This document shows positions 49,026 to 60,600 of a DNA stretch of 64,000 nt, piece by piece. Positions within the stretch are counted from its first letter, which is position 1; each line of letters starts with the position of its first letter. This stretch comes from Curvularia clavata (taxonomy: Eukaryota): contig CP089274.1 in NCBI GenBank assembly GCA_023920165.1, positions 3,286,001 to 3,350,000 on the forward strand, written 5' to 3'. Position numbers and translations under genes: made by a program. The notes beneath the pieces are model-generated. The model saw only the letters and a program-made list of their open reading frames with translations, was not told the origin of the DNA and ran no database searches.

Positions 49026-51267
49026 ATGTCCCACCGGATTGTCTCGAAACTCACCAAGTTATTTAAAAAGAATAGCTATGATTCTGGTTTTTACGTGCCG
49101 CTGGATAGCAGCACGCCAACAATCCGCCTTTTACGCCTTTTGCCTGGGCGCTTAGAGGACGATATCCTTGTGGAGCTGAGGCCTTGTTCCTTGGCCGATG
49201 CCCGAGACCGTTATACTACCCTCTCATACACATGGGGCGATGCAGATATTGTCGCGAGCCGCTTAGTAAGGTGTAATGGCAAATTGACCTCTATATCTGA
49301 GAATCTCTTCACCGCGCTTCGCACGCTCAGGTTGCGTGATCGCTCACTCTTGCTTTGGGCCGATGCGCTTTGTATCAATCAAGATGATACTTTGGAACGC
49401 ACCCTTCAGGTCGGTCTGATGGCCGAAATATATCGTAACAGCAAAGAAACTGTGATTTGGCTGGGTGAGCCTGCAGCTAACGAGGATGTCGGCACCGATG
49501 TTTTAAGAAGCTACGCTTCCTATGAGCCGTTGTCTCAGGGAACATGGACAGGCGACTCAAGAGATGATGAGCTTCGTAAAGCATACTTGGCCGAGTTCAA
49601 TTGGTACAACGCAACTGGATTGTTAACAAAGCGCTTCAGTCTTGACGGCACCGACCCTGGCCCGGATATTTTTGGAGCGTTTTGCTTAATACAAGACTTT
49701 GCCGAAGGCAGTTCATATCCACTTCTTAAGGCTTTGGATCGCGAAAAGGCCAACGCGTTACAGAGACATGGCATCACTGGCACTTGGAGTGGGTTGGTTC
49801 TCGCAAACGGCCACGTGCGTGGTTCAAAGTCTTCAAGAGTCTGGGAGGGTCTTGCGAGGCTGATGAGTAGATCATGGGTTCATCTCTCTTTTACATCTTT
49901 GTATTCCAAGCTAATAATAGCAGTGGCAACGTGTCTGGATCGTCCAAGAGACTGTGCTATCTCGCAAAGCTATGATTCGATATGGCCCGCTCTCAGCACC
50001 CTGGTCAATGTTCGCCAGAGCCGCTACTAACTATGCTCAACAACGTCACGCCCAGTGTTTGGACTTGTCTGGCACTTTACAAGGACAAGACATTTTGAAC
50101 CAATTCAGCAACTTTGTGCTTCGCATTGAGGATATTAGACTTCAATACCATGCTGGCTCAAACAATGGGACGATATTGCAACTTCTCTGGAGATACAGAC
50201 CGTTAGAAGCGACTGAGAAGCGAGACAAGGTTTTTGCCCTGCTTGGGTTGACTACAAATTGGCAAGGCCTGCCACCATTGCTACCTGATTACACATCGGA
50301 TCCTGCCGCGGTCTTTACAAGTACGACAGTAAGCAATATACAACGAGCAGCCTCGTTATCAGTTCTTGCAGGAGACCTTGAGGCTGTGCTGAATCGTAAA
50401 CGACTAAATGATATTCCCTCTTGGGTAATGGACTGGTCGCTCCCCTGCCTATCGATTGAGATCGAAAGAGTAAACTCTCTGCATATGTACAACGCCTCCG
50501 CAGGTCGCAAGGGAACCGTTCGCTTCAACCTGAAAGCCCAGCTTCTCGATGTTGAAGCAGTGTACATTGATAGAGTGACGATCGTGGGTGAAGTTAGTCG
50601 ACACACCCAGATTAGCGACACATGTGCCGTCATACGATCATGGAATCTGCTCACTAAATCGTCTGAGCGATCGGACAGTACGTATCCTAGCGGTGGAACA
50701 TACGAAAATGCATTCTGGCGAACACTCGTTGGAGATTTAATACGTACCAACCCTGCTCCAGACAACCATCGGGGGCAAGAAGCCTATCGACGTGCGACAC
50801 CAGAGGACTACGAAGCTTCTAGAGCATGGAGCATGTGGTCTCGCTGCATATCTCGTGACACTCTCAGCCGTGCTGCGGCGTTTAGCCAACGCGACCTTGA
50901 TGAAGGCATTTCAGGAATTCACTACGCTCTCAAGACAGCGACAACATCTCGCCGTTTCTTTCTCACTAGCTCCGGTTATATGGGACTTGGTCCCAAGACA
51001 ACTGCCGAAGGTGACCAGGTTTATATCTTCAAGGGCAGCAACATTCCTTTTGTAGTTCGGCCTGATCAATCCGTATCCATTGGTGAGGACGGCTGGACGA
51101 CTCTTGTTTCTGGCGACGAGAACGGGAGCAAAGAACACGCTCGAATTACCGCAAACGGATCTTTTGAATTTTTTCAAGTGGTTGGCGATTGTTTCGTCTA
51201 TGGCGCGATGGACGGAGAGGTTCTCCAGCAACCAGATGTCCAGTTTCGAAACATCTTCCTCGCTTGA
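49026..51267 (+). CDS. HET-domain (PF06985) protein, HET-6-like architecture
   Basis: Exon 49026-49877, intron 49878-49923, exon 49924-51267. IRLLRLLPG, YTTLSYTWGD, LWADALCINQ, QVGLMAEIY, WWQRVWIVQE, RDKVFALLGL, PSWVMDWS, RRFFLT..GYMGLGP, VGDCFVYGAMDGE. Confidence 0.93.
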
Positions 51268-51779
51268 TGGCTTTTTGTTTTTCATTTTCATCTTGTTGAT
51301 TTGGCAGCATGCACTCAACTTTAATAGTTGTGATGTATAAAGCAAAGACTCACTGCATGGTCCAGTGGTGTCCATCAGTACATGTTGCATGTTCTTTTAC
51401 TCAGCACAGCCTATTCTCGATTCTTACCGGTGCAGCCTGAGGCCCCATCAACCTATCGAAAGCTGCTACGTGGAACATTTATGGTATCGGCTGAGGAGTT
51501 AAGTGGCTTGTGGCTGTGCACGCCTGCCTGGAATGCCGAGAAGCCTGCTTTCTTTGAAAGCACCTCACTGCTACCAGTATCTCCATCGCCAAATCTTTCC
51601 TCTCTTGATTCACATCTCTTACATGACACGACCAGGGATATACCTGAAGCCCTGTGGAAAAACGACGCAACCTACTCCCATATAGATTCCCGGCCCTTCC
51701 GAGGTTATCTTTCGAAATTCAGCAACTCAGCGCAATTACCACAGTCGCATGATAGCAGCACCTCAAAGGACTCTGAGTC

Positions 51780-52880
51780 ATGGAGAGTCCTTACGCTATA
51801 GCTCTGCTTAACCTGGATCCTTCGTCGCCTCAATTCAGACTGCTCGAACTACACCCAAGAACATCGAACTCTACAATCATGTGCACCCTAAGCTCTCACT
51901 CATTCGACGGTTGTCATCCCACCTACAAAGCACTTTCCTACACTTGGGGGCCAAAAGAAAAGCCTCACTCAATATTGCTCAACGGAGTTGAATTCTATGT
52001 CGGCCACAGTTTGTGGACTTTTCTAGGAGAGATGTGCTTGCAGGGTCAGTATGGGGTCTATTGGATTGATGCAATCTGCATCGACCAGGAAAGCATCCTA
52101 GAAAAGAATCATCAAGTACAGATGATGAAATGTATCTACAGTACTGCTGAGGAGGTGGTGGTTTGGTTAGGTGAAGCCGACCACATCGACTTAAGTGACA
52201 CAGCTATGGACCTATTAGCCGGCCCAAGTTCGTGGGTTGAAACCAACAGTGTCTTATCAGATTGGCTTTACGGTAGGGTATCAATGGCCGTAAGAAAGAT
52301 CTTGAATAGAGATTACTGGAGCAGGATATGGATCATACAAGAAACAATGGTTGCCAAACGAATTTCGGTATATTGTGGGTCAAAGAGGTTGGAATGGCAG
52401 GCATTGAGAGAATTCATGATCTATTTGGCCACTACACCCCCAGAAGCGGACAAAAGACACCGTTGGAAAGTCCACTCTCTCTATGCTACTATGGGTATGC
52501 GGCTCGTTTATGACAAGGAACAAGTCCGGACCACTCAAAAGAAAAGTACTCTTGCTGAACTTCTCTCGTACTACAAATTCTGCGAAGCTTCGAATGTCCT
52601 TGACAAGGTGTACGCACTATGTGGGCTTGCAAGTGACGCCGACCATGTCGTCATAGATTACGATATTTCCCCGAGAGATTTGGTTGCTCATCTTCTTGAT
52701 GCAGCTCCTCGTGATCAGTCAGAACATGAATTCCGTCAATTTGCATGGGCTGCATATGAGGCTTTGGGGCTTGACTTTCAAGATCACAATTTCAAGGATT
52801 TGTTCGAGAGTTTTCTCATAAGTGAACGCAAGAGAAGGTGTAGTACTGGAACGGGTCTGTTTCGTCAGGCTAGCCCATAA
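51780..52880 (+). CDS. Second, shorter HET-domain (PF06985) protein
   Basis: Single ORF. FRLLELHP, YKALSYTWG, YWIDAICIDQ..EKNHQVQMMKCIY..A..VVVWLG, YWSRIWIIQE, DKVYALCGLA. Confidence 0.9.
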   Translation: MESPYAIALLNLDPSSPQFRLLELHPRTSNSTIMCTLSSHSFDGCHPTYKALSYTWGPKEKPHSILLNGVEFYVGHSLWTFLGEMCLQGQYGVYWIDAICIDQESILEKNHQVQMMKCIYSTAEEVVVWLGEADHIDLSDTAMDLLAGPSSWVETNSVLSDWLYGRVSMAVRKILNRDYWSRIWIIQETMVAKRISVYCGSKRLEWQALREFMIYLATTPPEADKRHRWKVHSLYATMGMRLVYDKEQVRTTQKKSTLAELLSYYKFCEASNVLDKVYALCGLASDADHVVIDYDISPRDLVAHLLDAAPRDQSEHEFRQFAWAAYEALGLDFQDHNFKDLFESFLISERKRRCSTGTGLFRQASP

Positions 52881-53058
52881 TACCCTCTTCTGAATCCAGA
52901 TGTACATAAACTATGATTCTTAATACGGCTTCTACCTTTCTTCGAGTTCGAAATCGCTATTCCTTGCTTGGAACAAGTCCTGAGTTTCTACTTTACAAAC
53001 TAAGACTGAACTTTCGTTCTATTCTTCATCTGTTCACGCTGAGAATGTAAACCCCAGC

Positions 53059-54513
53059 TCAAGGAGTACGGTCTTTGGGTGGAGCATACTCAGCCTCTTT
53101 CCGGTAAGGATACTTATCCGTCTGGTGTACCAACCGCCCCTTGACCCAGACAGCAACCGTATTCCGATCATCACCGCTATACACCCACTTCTCCACCTTG
53201 TCTGGCCAGCTTTCCCAACCAAAAACATCGACCGGTCCTTCCTCGAACACGCCATTCTCATTGCCGTAATCGCCAACAGAACCCAGATTGATCATTTGCG
53301 CATCCCATTCCTTGCCAACTTCGAAACCACCAACCTTGTCCTCGAGACCCACGACTGCTGCACCACCCCGAGTAGCAAGATACAAGGCCTCTTCGGTTGA
53401 CAGCTTAGCAGAGTCAGAAGACGTCTGGATGCAAAGGTGTCTCGACACCCATATCGCCTGCCGCACATTTTCCAAAATCGAAGGCGAGAAACCACCAGAG
53501 ACATCGGTACCCAGACCAATCGTATGACCCTCATCTAGCAAATCACGAATGGGCGCGCACCCCGATGTAATCGCTGTGTTGGAAGCAGGACAGTGGCTGA
53601 TCTTGCTCTTCCTGTCGAGAATCATCTTGCGCTCATCCTGTCCCAGATGCACGCAATGCGCTAGTATCGTCTTTTCAGTCAACAACCCATGCATATCGTA
53701 AACATGGGCATAGCTTTCACTTTCCGGAAACAAGCTCTTGACTAGCTCGATCTCGCCCTTGTTTTCGGAAATGTGCGTCTGAACGTGCGCATCCGTCTCT
53801 TGCGCCAGCCGCCCCATGGCACTCAAGCACTCCGCCGTACACGATGGCGCAAACCGAGGTGTGATAATTGGTTTGACAATGTCGCCTTTGGGATCGATGG
53901 ACCGGATGTACTCGATACTCGCTTTTGAATCCGCATAGCTCTTTTCCACGCTCTCGTCTCTGTAGTAATCTGGGCTCAGATCACTGTTCATGCAAACTCT
54001 GCCTACGAGCGCTCTTTGACCGCGCGCCAGACAAATGTCTGCAAGCGCATTGGTAGCAGGTACGTGAATGGTAGCATAGTATGCTGCTGTTGTAGTTCCA
54101 TGCGATAGTGTTCTTGACACAAAGTTCATATACACACGGTACGCACGATGGATATCAGAGAAGGAAGCCTCGGTTGGAAACGTATACTTTTGCAACCAAT
54201 CCAACAAGGTCGTTTTGCCGAACAGACCTGTATTTGGGTGTTGTGGTGCATGTACATGGGTGTCGATGAATCCTGGGAAGAAGAACCCTCGCTCGGCATT
54301 GCCGATGGCGATGACCTTGGCATCAGTCCAAACCTGTTCTAATGTGGAAAGAAGAGAGTCCAGGGATGTGACGTTCCGGTTCACGAAGCGGATGATGCCG
54401 TTGGAGTCTACGCCGATGGCGCCGTTGGGTTCAATTTCTAGCGTGCTGAGAGATGTGCTGTGGACAAAGGGTCCCAGGTAGATGGTGTTTGATATGGGCG
54501 TTGATGCTGCCAT
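53059..54513 (-). CDS. GUD1: Guanine deaminase (amidohydrolase superfamily)
   Basis: Single exon. PGFIDTHVHAPQ, LLDWLQKYTFP.E, ITPRFAPSC, QTHISEN, LAHCVH, GLGTDVSGG, GDDRN..VWVKGR. Confidence 0.96.
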   Translation of the reverse strand: MAASTPISNTIYLGPFVHSTSLSTLEIEPNGAIGVDSNGIIRFVNRNVTSLDSLLSTLEQVWTDAKVIAIGNAERGFFFPGFIDTHVHAPQHPNTGLFGKTTLLDWLQKYTFPTEASFSDIHRAYRVYMNFVSRTLSHGTTTAAYYATIHVPATNALADICLARGQRALVGRVCMNSDLSPDYYRDESVEKSYADSKASIEYIRSIDPKGDIVKPIITPRFAPSCTAECLSAMGRLAQETDAHVQTHISENKGEIELVKSLFPESESYAHVYDMHGLLTEKTILAHCVHLGQDERKMILDRKSKISHCPASNTAITSGCAPIRDLLDEGHTIGLGTDVSGGFSPSILENVRQAIWVSRHLCIQTSSDSAKLSTEEALYLATRGGAAVVGLEDKVGGFEVGKEWDAQMINLGSVGDYGNENGVFEEGPVDVFGWESWPDKVEKWVYSGDDRNTVAVWVKGRLVHQTDKYPYRKEAEYAPPKDRTP

Positions 54514-54911
54514 GTTTCTTGTGATCTTGGGATGCGTCTTCTCCCCCTTCTCTTGATTGAACTATAAAGTTGCGGCTTGGAAAATCGAAGGATATGTAGA
54601 TTGTTCTTGCCACTGAAGCTGGAGGATGTGTTCCGGTCTATGTGCCGGGACGTCCGCAGATGATGTACAGTTCGGCCCTTTTCCACAAGACAGAAGAAGT
54701 ATAAACAAATGTGAAACACGTGGAAGAGAGATCGGCAATAGAGGTTTATAGAAACTCAAAATTCCAGCAATTCAAGTGCACAAATTGAAGAGGGACAACC
54801 TGCGTCCTTTATCAGTTGCTGAGAAGGGATGGCGGCTTAGATCCGGTTTAGCGGGGGGTCGCTAGTATCTACCACGTGGAGCCGACCGGGGGAAGCTAAG
54901 TACATCTGAGG

Positions 54912-54928
54912 TTATCGGCGTCCTCCGA
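54912..54928. promoter_or_regulatory. UaY-type Zn2Cys6 site TCGG-N6-CCGA with an overlapping GATA site, upstream of guanine deaminase
   Basis: TCGG 54915-54918, CGTCCT, CCGA 54925-54928. TTATCG at 54912-54917 and a second GATA site TTATCA at 54809-54814. Confidence 0.7.
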
Positions 54929-55341
54929 TCAGCCTTCACCACCACCCATCTCAATTGGCAAAAGAAAAATACGGGGGGATACGAGGCGTTTGCTTTCGCT
55001 TCTTCACACAAATTGGACCCCACACCCCACACCCCTCAGGGGAAACAATCAAAGCCAAAAAAGAAGTTTACATGTTTCTTGGACTAAACGGGATGTCTGT
55101 CACACCCTTCACACCACTAGCACTATCGCCGTGGCTGCCACCCATTGCTTTCCATTAGTCTTTCCACATCTGCACATCCGTAATTTTCTTTTCCACCGGG
55201 TAGAAGCAACGCCAGGATATCCCCCATTCCCATCCCTGAAAAACTCCGCGATCGCTTTCTTCGTTAAAAGCAGAACATAAAATACCTACGTTCCCTAACC
55301 AAGGAAGAGCCGCTATTCACAACAGGTACGCATAGACATGA

Positions 55342-57384
55342 CTATAGACTGTAATCGTGGATAGCTTGCGGACCTTGGTCGTTGTAATCTGGGCGGGTCA
55401 TGTAGCCCTTGGACTGACCCTGATCGACTACGAAGATGACCTTGGCTGCAACCTGGGCGCCTAGGAACGTTGACTCGTCAAACCCGACCTCTTTGAATTC
55501 AGGGAAGTACTCTGGGGGTTTGACGAATTTGATGGACGTGGGTGTTTGGCCATGTGAAGAGTGCAGGTTGTGTGACATGCCGGGGATGCTGCCATGGGGC
55601 ATCATGTGCTGTGTCTGTGCTGTGGTAGCTGCTAGTAGGAGTGGGTTGACTTGGGAGCCACCGTGTGGACCAAGTTGAGGTTGTGGGGTGTTAGTTCCAG
55701 TGCCTGCTGGTGTTGAGACATTCGATGGGATCTCAGATGTGAAGATGGTGGCTGAAGAGGGTGACACCAGATATTTAGTCTGGATAGTCTGTATGAGAGA
55801 CTCTCTGAAGCCTAAGTGCGTGTTAGTGGACTATGAGGAGATTGTTGAACACGTGAAGTTGTAACCTACCTCGCAACTTTGCTCCATTTCCGCAAACGAT
55901 CAATTGATCCCAGAGGTCGCTTCGTTTGCCAACTTCATCGACTGATGAGATTACCCTGTATACGGCATCCGCAATCTTTTCCAGGGTACCATTTCCATCT
56001 GCCATAAAACGCTCAACGCCAACCTCTATTTCGCGTCTTATCGAACCTGACTGTTTGGTTGTGTTGTTTGAGTCAGTGGTCCCGTTTGCGTCGGCCGTAG
56101 AAGCAGGCTCGCCGTCTTCCTCGTTCTCGTTTGGCTTCCTGCTTGGACCCTCATCCAATGCGCCCTTCGCATCAGCCATCTCTTGAGTGTTTAGGTTCAT
56201 GTTCTTCAGGGTATCCAGGAGCGCATGATCTTCGTACAAGAATGTAGCCTTTTCGAGCTTGGAGTTTGGTAGCTTGATTGGCTTGTTTGCTTGCGGAGCT
56301 GGGGCACCCTTCTTCTTAGCATTGGCCTTTTCTTGCTTTTCCTTCTCCTTCTTAGCCAGGTATTCTGACATCTTGCCACCAGCCACGATGCTGGCCACAT
56401 CCAAGACACCTTCATCTTCACCGGTTCCTTCTTCTCCAACCTCGGTATCCATACCAGGACCCCGTGGGACGTTCCCAATTGTAGCTGCCGCTGCCGCGCC
56501 AGATCCTGGAGCTCCAGTGGAGGCCGCTGCCGCGGGGTTGGTCACGCCGTCAGCGATAGGTGCATCTGCTGATCCTGGTAGTGGGACTCCTGGGGGCAGA
56601 AGCTCGCATATGGGTGATCTTTTGAGCTGTTCACACATATCACGGTTGAAGCCTTTCGGCTTCAATTTGGCGAGCAGACCCTCGGTGAAGGCTTCGCCTC
56701 CACAGCCTGCCAGTGATATGACCCTGCCCTGTGTATGTGGGATGAACTCGCTGACAGCAGTCACGTCTGCCTTGTCTTTACCAACATCAATAACGGTCGC
56801 TGTGTGCACACCGTACGCCCATGTAGTCGCAAGTGCCGCATCCATCAAGCCGAAGGCGGGAACCTTGAATTTCTCAAAGAAGAACTGCGTAAGCTTCTCG
56901 TGCTCTCGAGGCGTCCATGCTGGCTGGGTAATAAGGAGGATCGGGGTGTGGAAGGGCGGATTTAATGAGTTGTATACGTGGGTAATGAGGGCGAAGAAGC
57001 ATGGCCAGTCGACGATTTTGCCTTGCTGGATTGGCCATATCGCGCCCTCTTCGGAGACGCGATCCTCTTCCCATAGCACTTCGTCTTCGCCCTCGGCAGG
57101 CTTATTCTCCTGCTGCGCCTCATCTTTGGCCTCGCCATTTTCCGCAGCTGGCGCGTCTTGCCTTCGTCTGATCTTGTATGGCTCAAATTCCCCCTCCTTC
57201 TCGGCGGGGAACATGCATGAGCGCAGGCGGAGGCGCGCTGGGGTGAAAGACTCAGGCAGGCCCAGCTGCGCAACAGTCGTCTCTGAGCCGGGCGAAATTA
57301 TCTGCAGGTTATTAGCGCATGCACCGAGCGAAGAGCAGAGGATGCGGGACTAACGATAATCTGGTCATCCTTGAAGGGTGGCAT
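55342..57384 (-). CDS. ARP9: Nuclear actin-related protein Arp9-like (SWI/SNF and RSC subunit)
   Basis: Exons 57355-57384, 55870-57301, 55342-55811. MPPFKDDQIIIISPGS.TT.AQLGLPESFTP, GAIWPIQQGKIVDW, ATVIDVG, FLGAQVAAKVIF..DYNDQGP..IH. Confidence 0.88.
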
Positions 57385-57686
57385 GGCTGCGCAATTGGTG
57401 AGATGTACAAAAGCTCCGGCGCGTGCAAGAGCTCCAGGCCAGCCGACCGCGGTGGACTTCGCGACTGCGGCGCTAGCCGGCGCACGGGCGCACGCGGGTG
57501 GTCTTCACAAGCAAGTTGGCAGCACCCCCACATGATGCCAGTGTCTCTCAATTGCATTCCCGAATGTTCCAACGTGCCCTCGCGACGGCTCACCATGTGG
57601 CCTCAGTCTTTACGGCAAAATATTAGTACCGATCAACTCTGCTCGTGACACTCCCGTTTCTGGACACACACCTTTCGTTGCCCAAC

Positions 57687-60600
57687 ATGTCCTCCATGGC
57701 AGCCCCGGCTACGGCGGCCTCGCAGGCACTCGCAGAAGCCTCCAAAGCTGCCGTCTCCAGCGCAGCAGAGGCTCTCTCTACCTCTATAATGAGTGTCAAG
57801 GTCGCCGACGGCCCTCGTCCGTCCAACTTTGGTCTGCTAGGTCGTGTCATTCTCTCCGTCTTCAGCGTACTGCCCACCGTCCTGTACTGGGTCACATATA
57901 CCTTGCCGGCATGGCTGTTTACGCTTTTTTCCATGAGCCTGACTTTCACCATGAACTTCACCACCTTGTACGTTTCCTGGACTGGTCCATGGTCTTTGCT
58001 GAATCAATTTCCAGGATGCTTGTTGTGGTTTTCGTCGTGTCCACTATCAGTTACTTTGTGAGGTACCGGTACATGACCATGTATGCGAGACTACCGCCTG
58101 AACCCCAACGTGAGGAACCACAGGTCGAGGTTTTTCCGGATAGTGCTGAAAGCGACTCCAAGAGGGGGTTGTCTAACTACCTTGATGAATTCTTGAGCGC
58201 TATCAAGGTCTTCGGTTACTTGGAGCGTCCAGTCTTTCATGAACTTACGCGCACCATGCAGACTCGCCGGCTGGCAGCTGGGGAAACTATTCTCTTGGAG
58301 GAAGAGAAAGGCTTTTGTCTGGTAGTCGATGGCTTGGTTCAAATCTTCGTCAAGTCAAATCGCGCAGAGTCTGATTCCGATGAAGATGAAATGGGTGATT
58401 CGTCGTCCAGTAGCTCAGCTCAGCAGGGCCATCGACAGGGCTACCAGCTCCTTACTGAAGTCAAGAATGGAGCGCCCATGTCGTCTTTGTTCTCTATACT
58501 GTCCTTGTTCACAGAAGATGTCAAGCTGCGTCATGACGAAGATGATCTCGCAGATGCGAGCCTACCGACATCGCCCCGTGGACAAACGATACCACCCATG
58601 TCTCGAACCAACAGTTTTGCCTTGGACAGTTCGAGACCACCAACGCCCCGCGAGGTTCCAGAGTCCAAGTTGAGGCATCGAAGAACGTCCACTCTGAACA
58701 GCCCAACGGCAGGAGGACGACTCGAAAGTGTACCGCCTCTGTCTTTAGACATGGATGGCTTCGGTGACGAACGCCTCAAAAAACCCAAAGCTCGAAGATC
58801 GCCTTCGCGTAATACCAAGATCAAGTCCTCTCACCCAGATATCGTTGCGCGTGCCACTGTAGACACAACCATTGCCATCATCCCAGCCACTGCATTCCGT
58901 CGTTTGACGCGCATATACCCCAAAGCCACGGCTCATATTGTACAGGTCATCCTCACGCGACTACAAAGAGTTACTCTTGCGACCAGTCATGAGTATCTGA
59001 GCCTGACGAATGAGGTGCTTCGTACAGAAAAGCTTATGAACAAGTACACCACGTACGATCTTCCAGGTTTCCTACGAGATGCTCCACTCGAGCGACTCAA
59101 GGAAAAGTTTGCCAAAGAGACGGAACGAATTGGCTCAGACGAAGGAATGAAAGGCATCGCGTTACACAACCCTGGAGCTGGTCGCAGGAACAGATCCAGT
59201 GTCTCGTTAAGACGTGGTACAGCAGCGCAAGCCCGCCTTGCCGCTGCGCGGGGCGCAACGCTCGACGCTGGTCCTAAGATGTTGCCTGTGATCACCTCTC
59301 CAGAGCAGGGTCCACGAAACGATCGTATCAGTGCGGGCGATCTCTTGACGAACTCACAGCTGCCACGAGGGACGGGCCGCAGTGGTCGCAACAGTTTCTC
59401 TCAGCCATATCAACAGGATCGCCGCGATGCTCGAACGCCACTAGATGCTAGCTCTTTCAACCCTTTCGCCTCTCCGTCCCTTCGTCCCAAGACACTTCAT
59501 CGACAGGAATCTATTGACGAGGCCACCGTTTTCAGGGAGTCTATCCTTGGCTGTATGTTCAAGGCCATTGGACTCACCAATCCAGAAAATCCAATGCCTC
59601 GACCGACCGCATCAGTAGAGCAATCACCCCAACTTGTGTCATTTGATGCTAGCCGACAGAAGGCTGTTTTCACAAACGCATTCGGCTTCATCGATCCCTA
59701 TGCAGCCTCCCGCGATGGAGATACCGAGTCCGTTGCGTCGGCGTCAGGCATATCGAACATGAGCGCTGCAGGATCACACAACATTGTTGAAGAACTCGTA
59801 AACGACGTAGAGATTGTCTTCTTTCCCAAGGATTCCGTCCTCGTTGAGCAAGGCGAACGAAACCCCGGCTTGTATTATGTGATAGACGGATTCCTTGACG
59901 TGAGCGTGCTGGTGGAAGAAGAAACTCCTGACAACAGTACGCTAGGAAATCTTCCTAATGGCCCTGGATATACCGAAGATGATCTCTTTGGCGCCCCACT
60001 CCGACCGGTTAGCTCGAACACTCCTTCACGCTCTGGTGTTGAAAATATGAAAAAGAAGCGATCAAGGCGAAGCCTGTTCATGACAAAACCTGGTGGTCTA
60101 GCAGGCTATCTTGGAACAATATCGTCTAATCGGTCTTTTGTTGACGTTACCGCTAAGACCGACGTCTACGTAGGATTCCTGCCACGTCCAGCTATTGAGC
60201 GCATAGTGGAGCGCTATCCAGTTGTGCTACTTACAATGGCTAAGCGTCTGACGACCCTCCTACCGCGTCTGGTCCAGCATATCGACTTTGCTCTCGAATG
60301 GGTTCAGGTGAATGCCGGACAGGTCATATACAATCAAGGCGATGAGAGCGATGCAATTTACATTGTTTTGAATGGACGACTGAGAGCAATCCGCGATGCT
60401 GAAAACAACGACGTCAAGGTTATTGGCGAATATGGCCAAGGCGACAGTGTTGGTGAGCTTGAAGTACTTACCGAGTCATCGCGTCCTGGATCTTTACATG
60501 CAATTCGGGATACTGAACTTGCAAAGTTTCCAAAGACACTCTTCAACAGCCTTGCTTTGGAACATCCTGGAATTACCATCAAGATCTCAAAAATTATTGC

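Noticed and set aside
49026..54513. HET genes plus guanine deaminase as a nucleotide-depletion defence module
   Set aside because: GUD1 looks like the ordinary housekeeping enzyme, is convergently oriented and has its own purine-catabolism-type promoter motif. Adjacency alone is not evidence.
56259..57353. 364-aa + strand ORF
   Set aside because: Antisense shadow of ARP9 with Ser/Ala/Pro-rich composition and no motifs.
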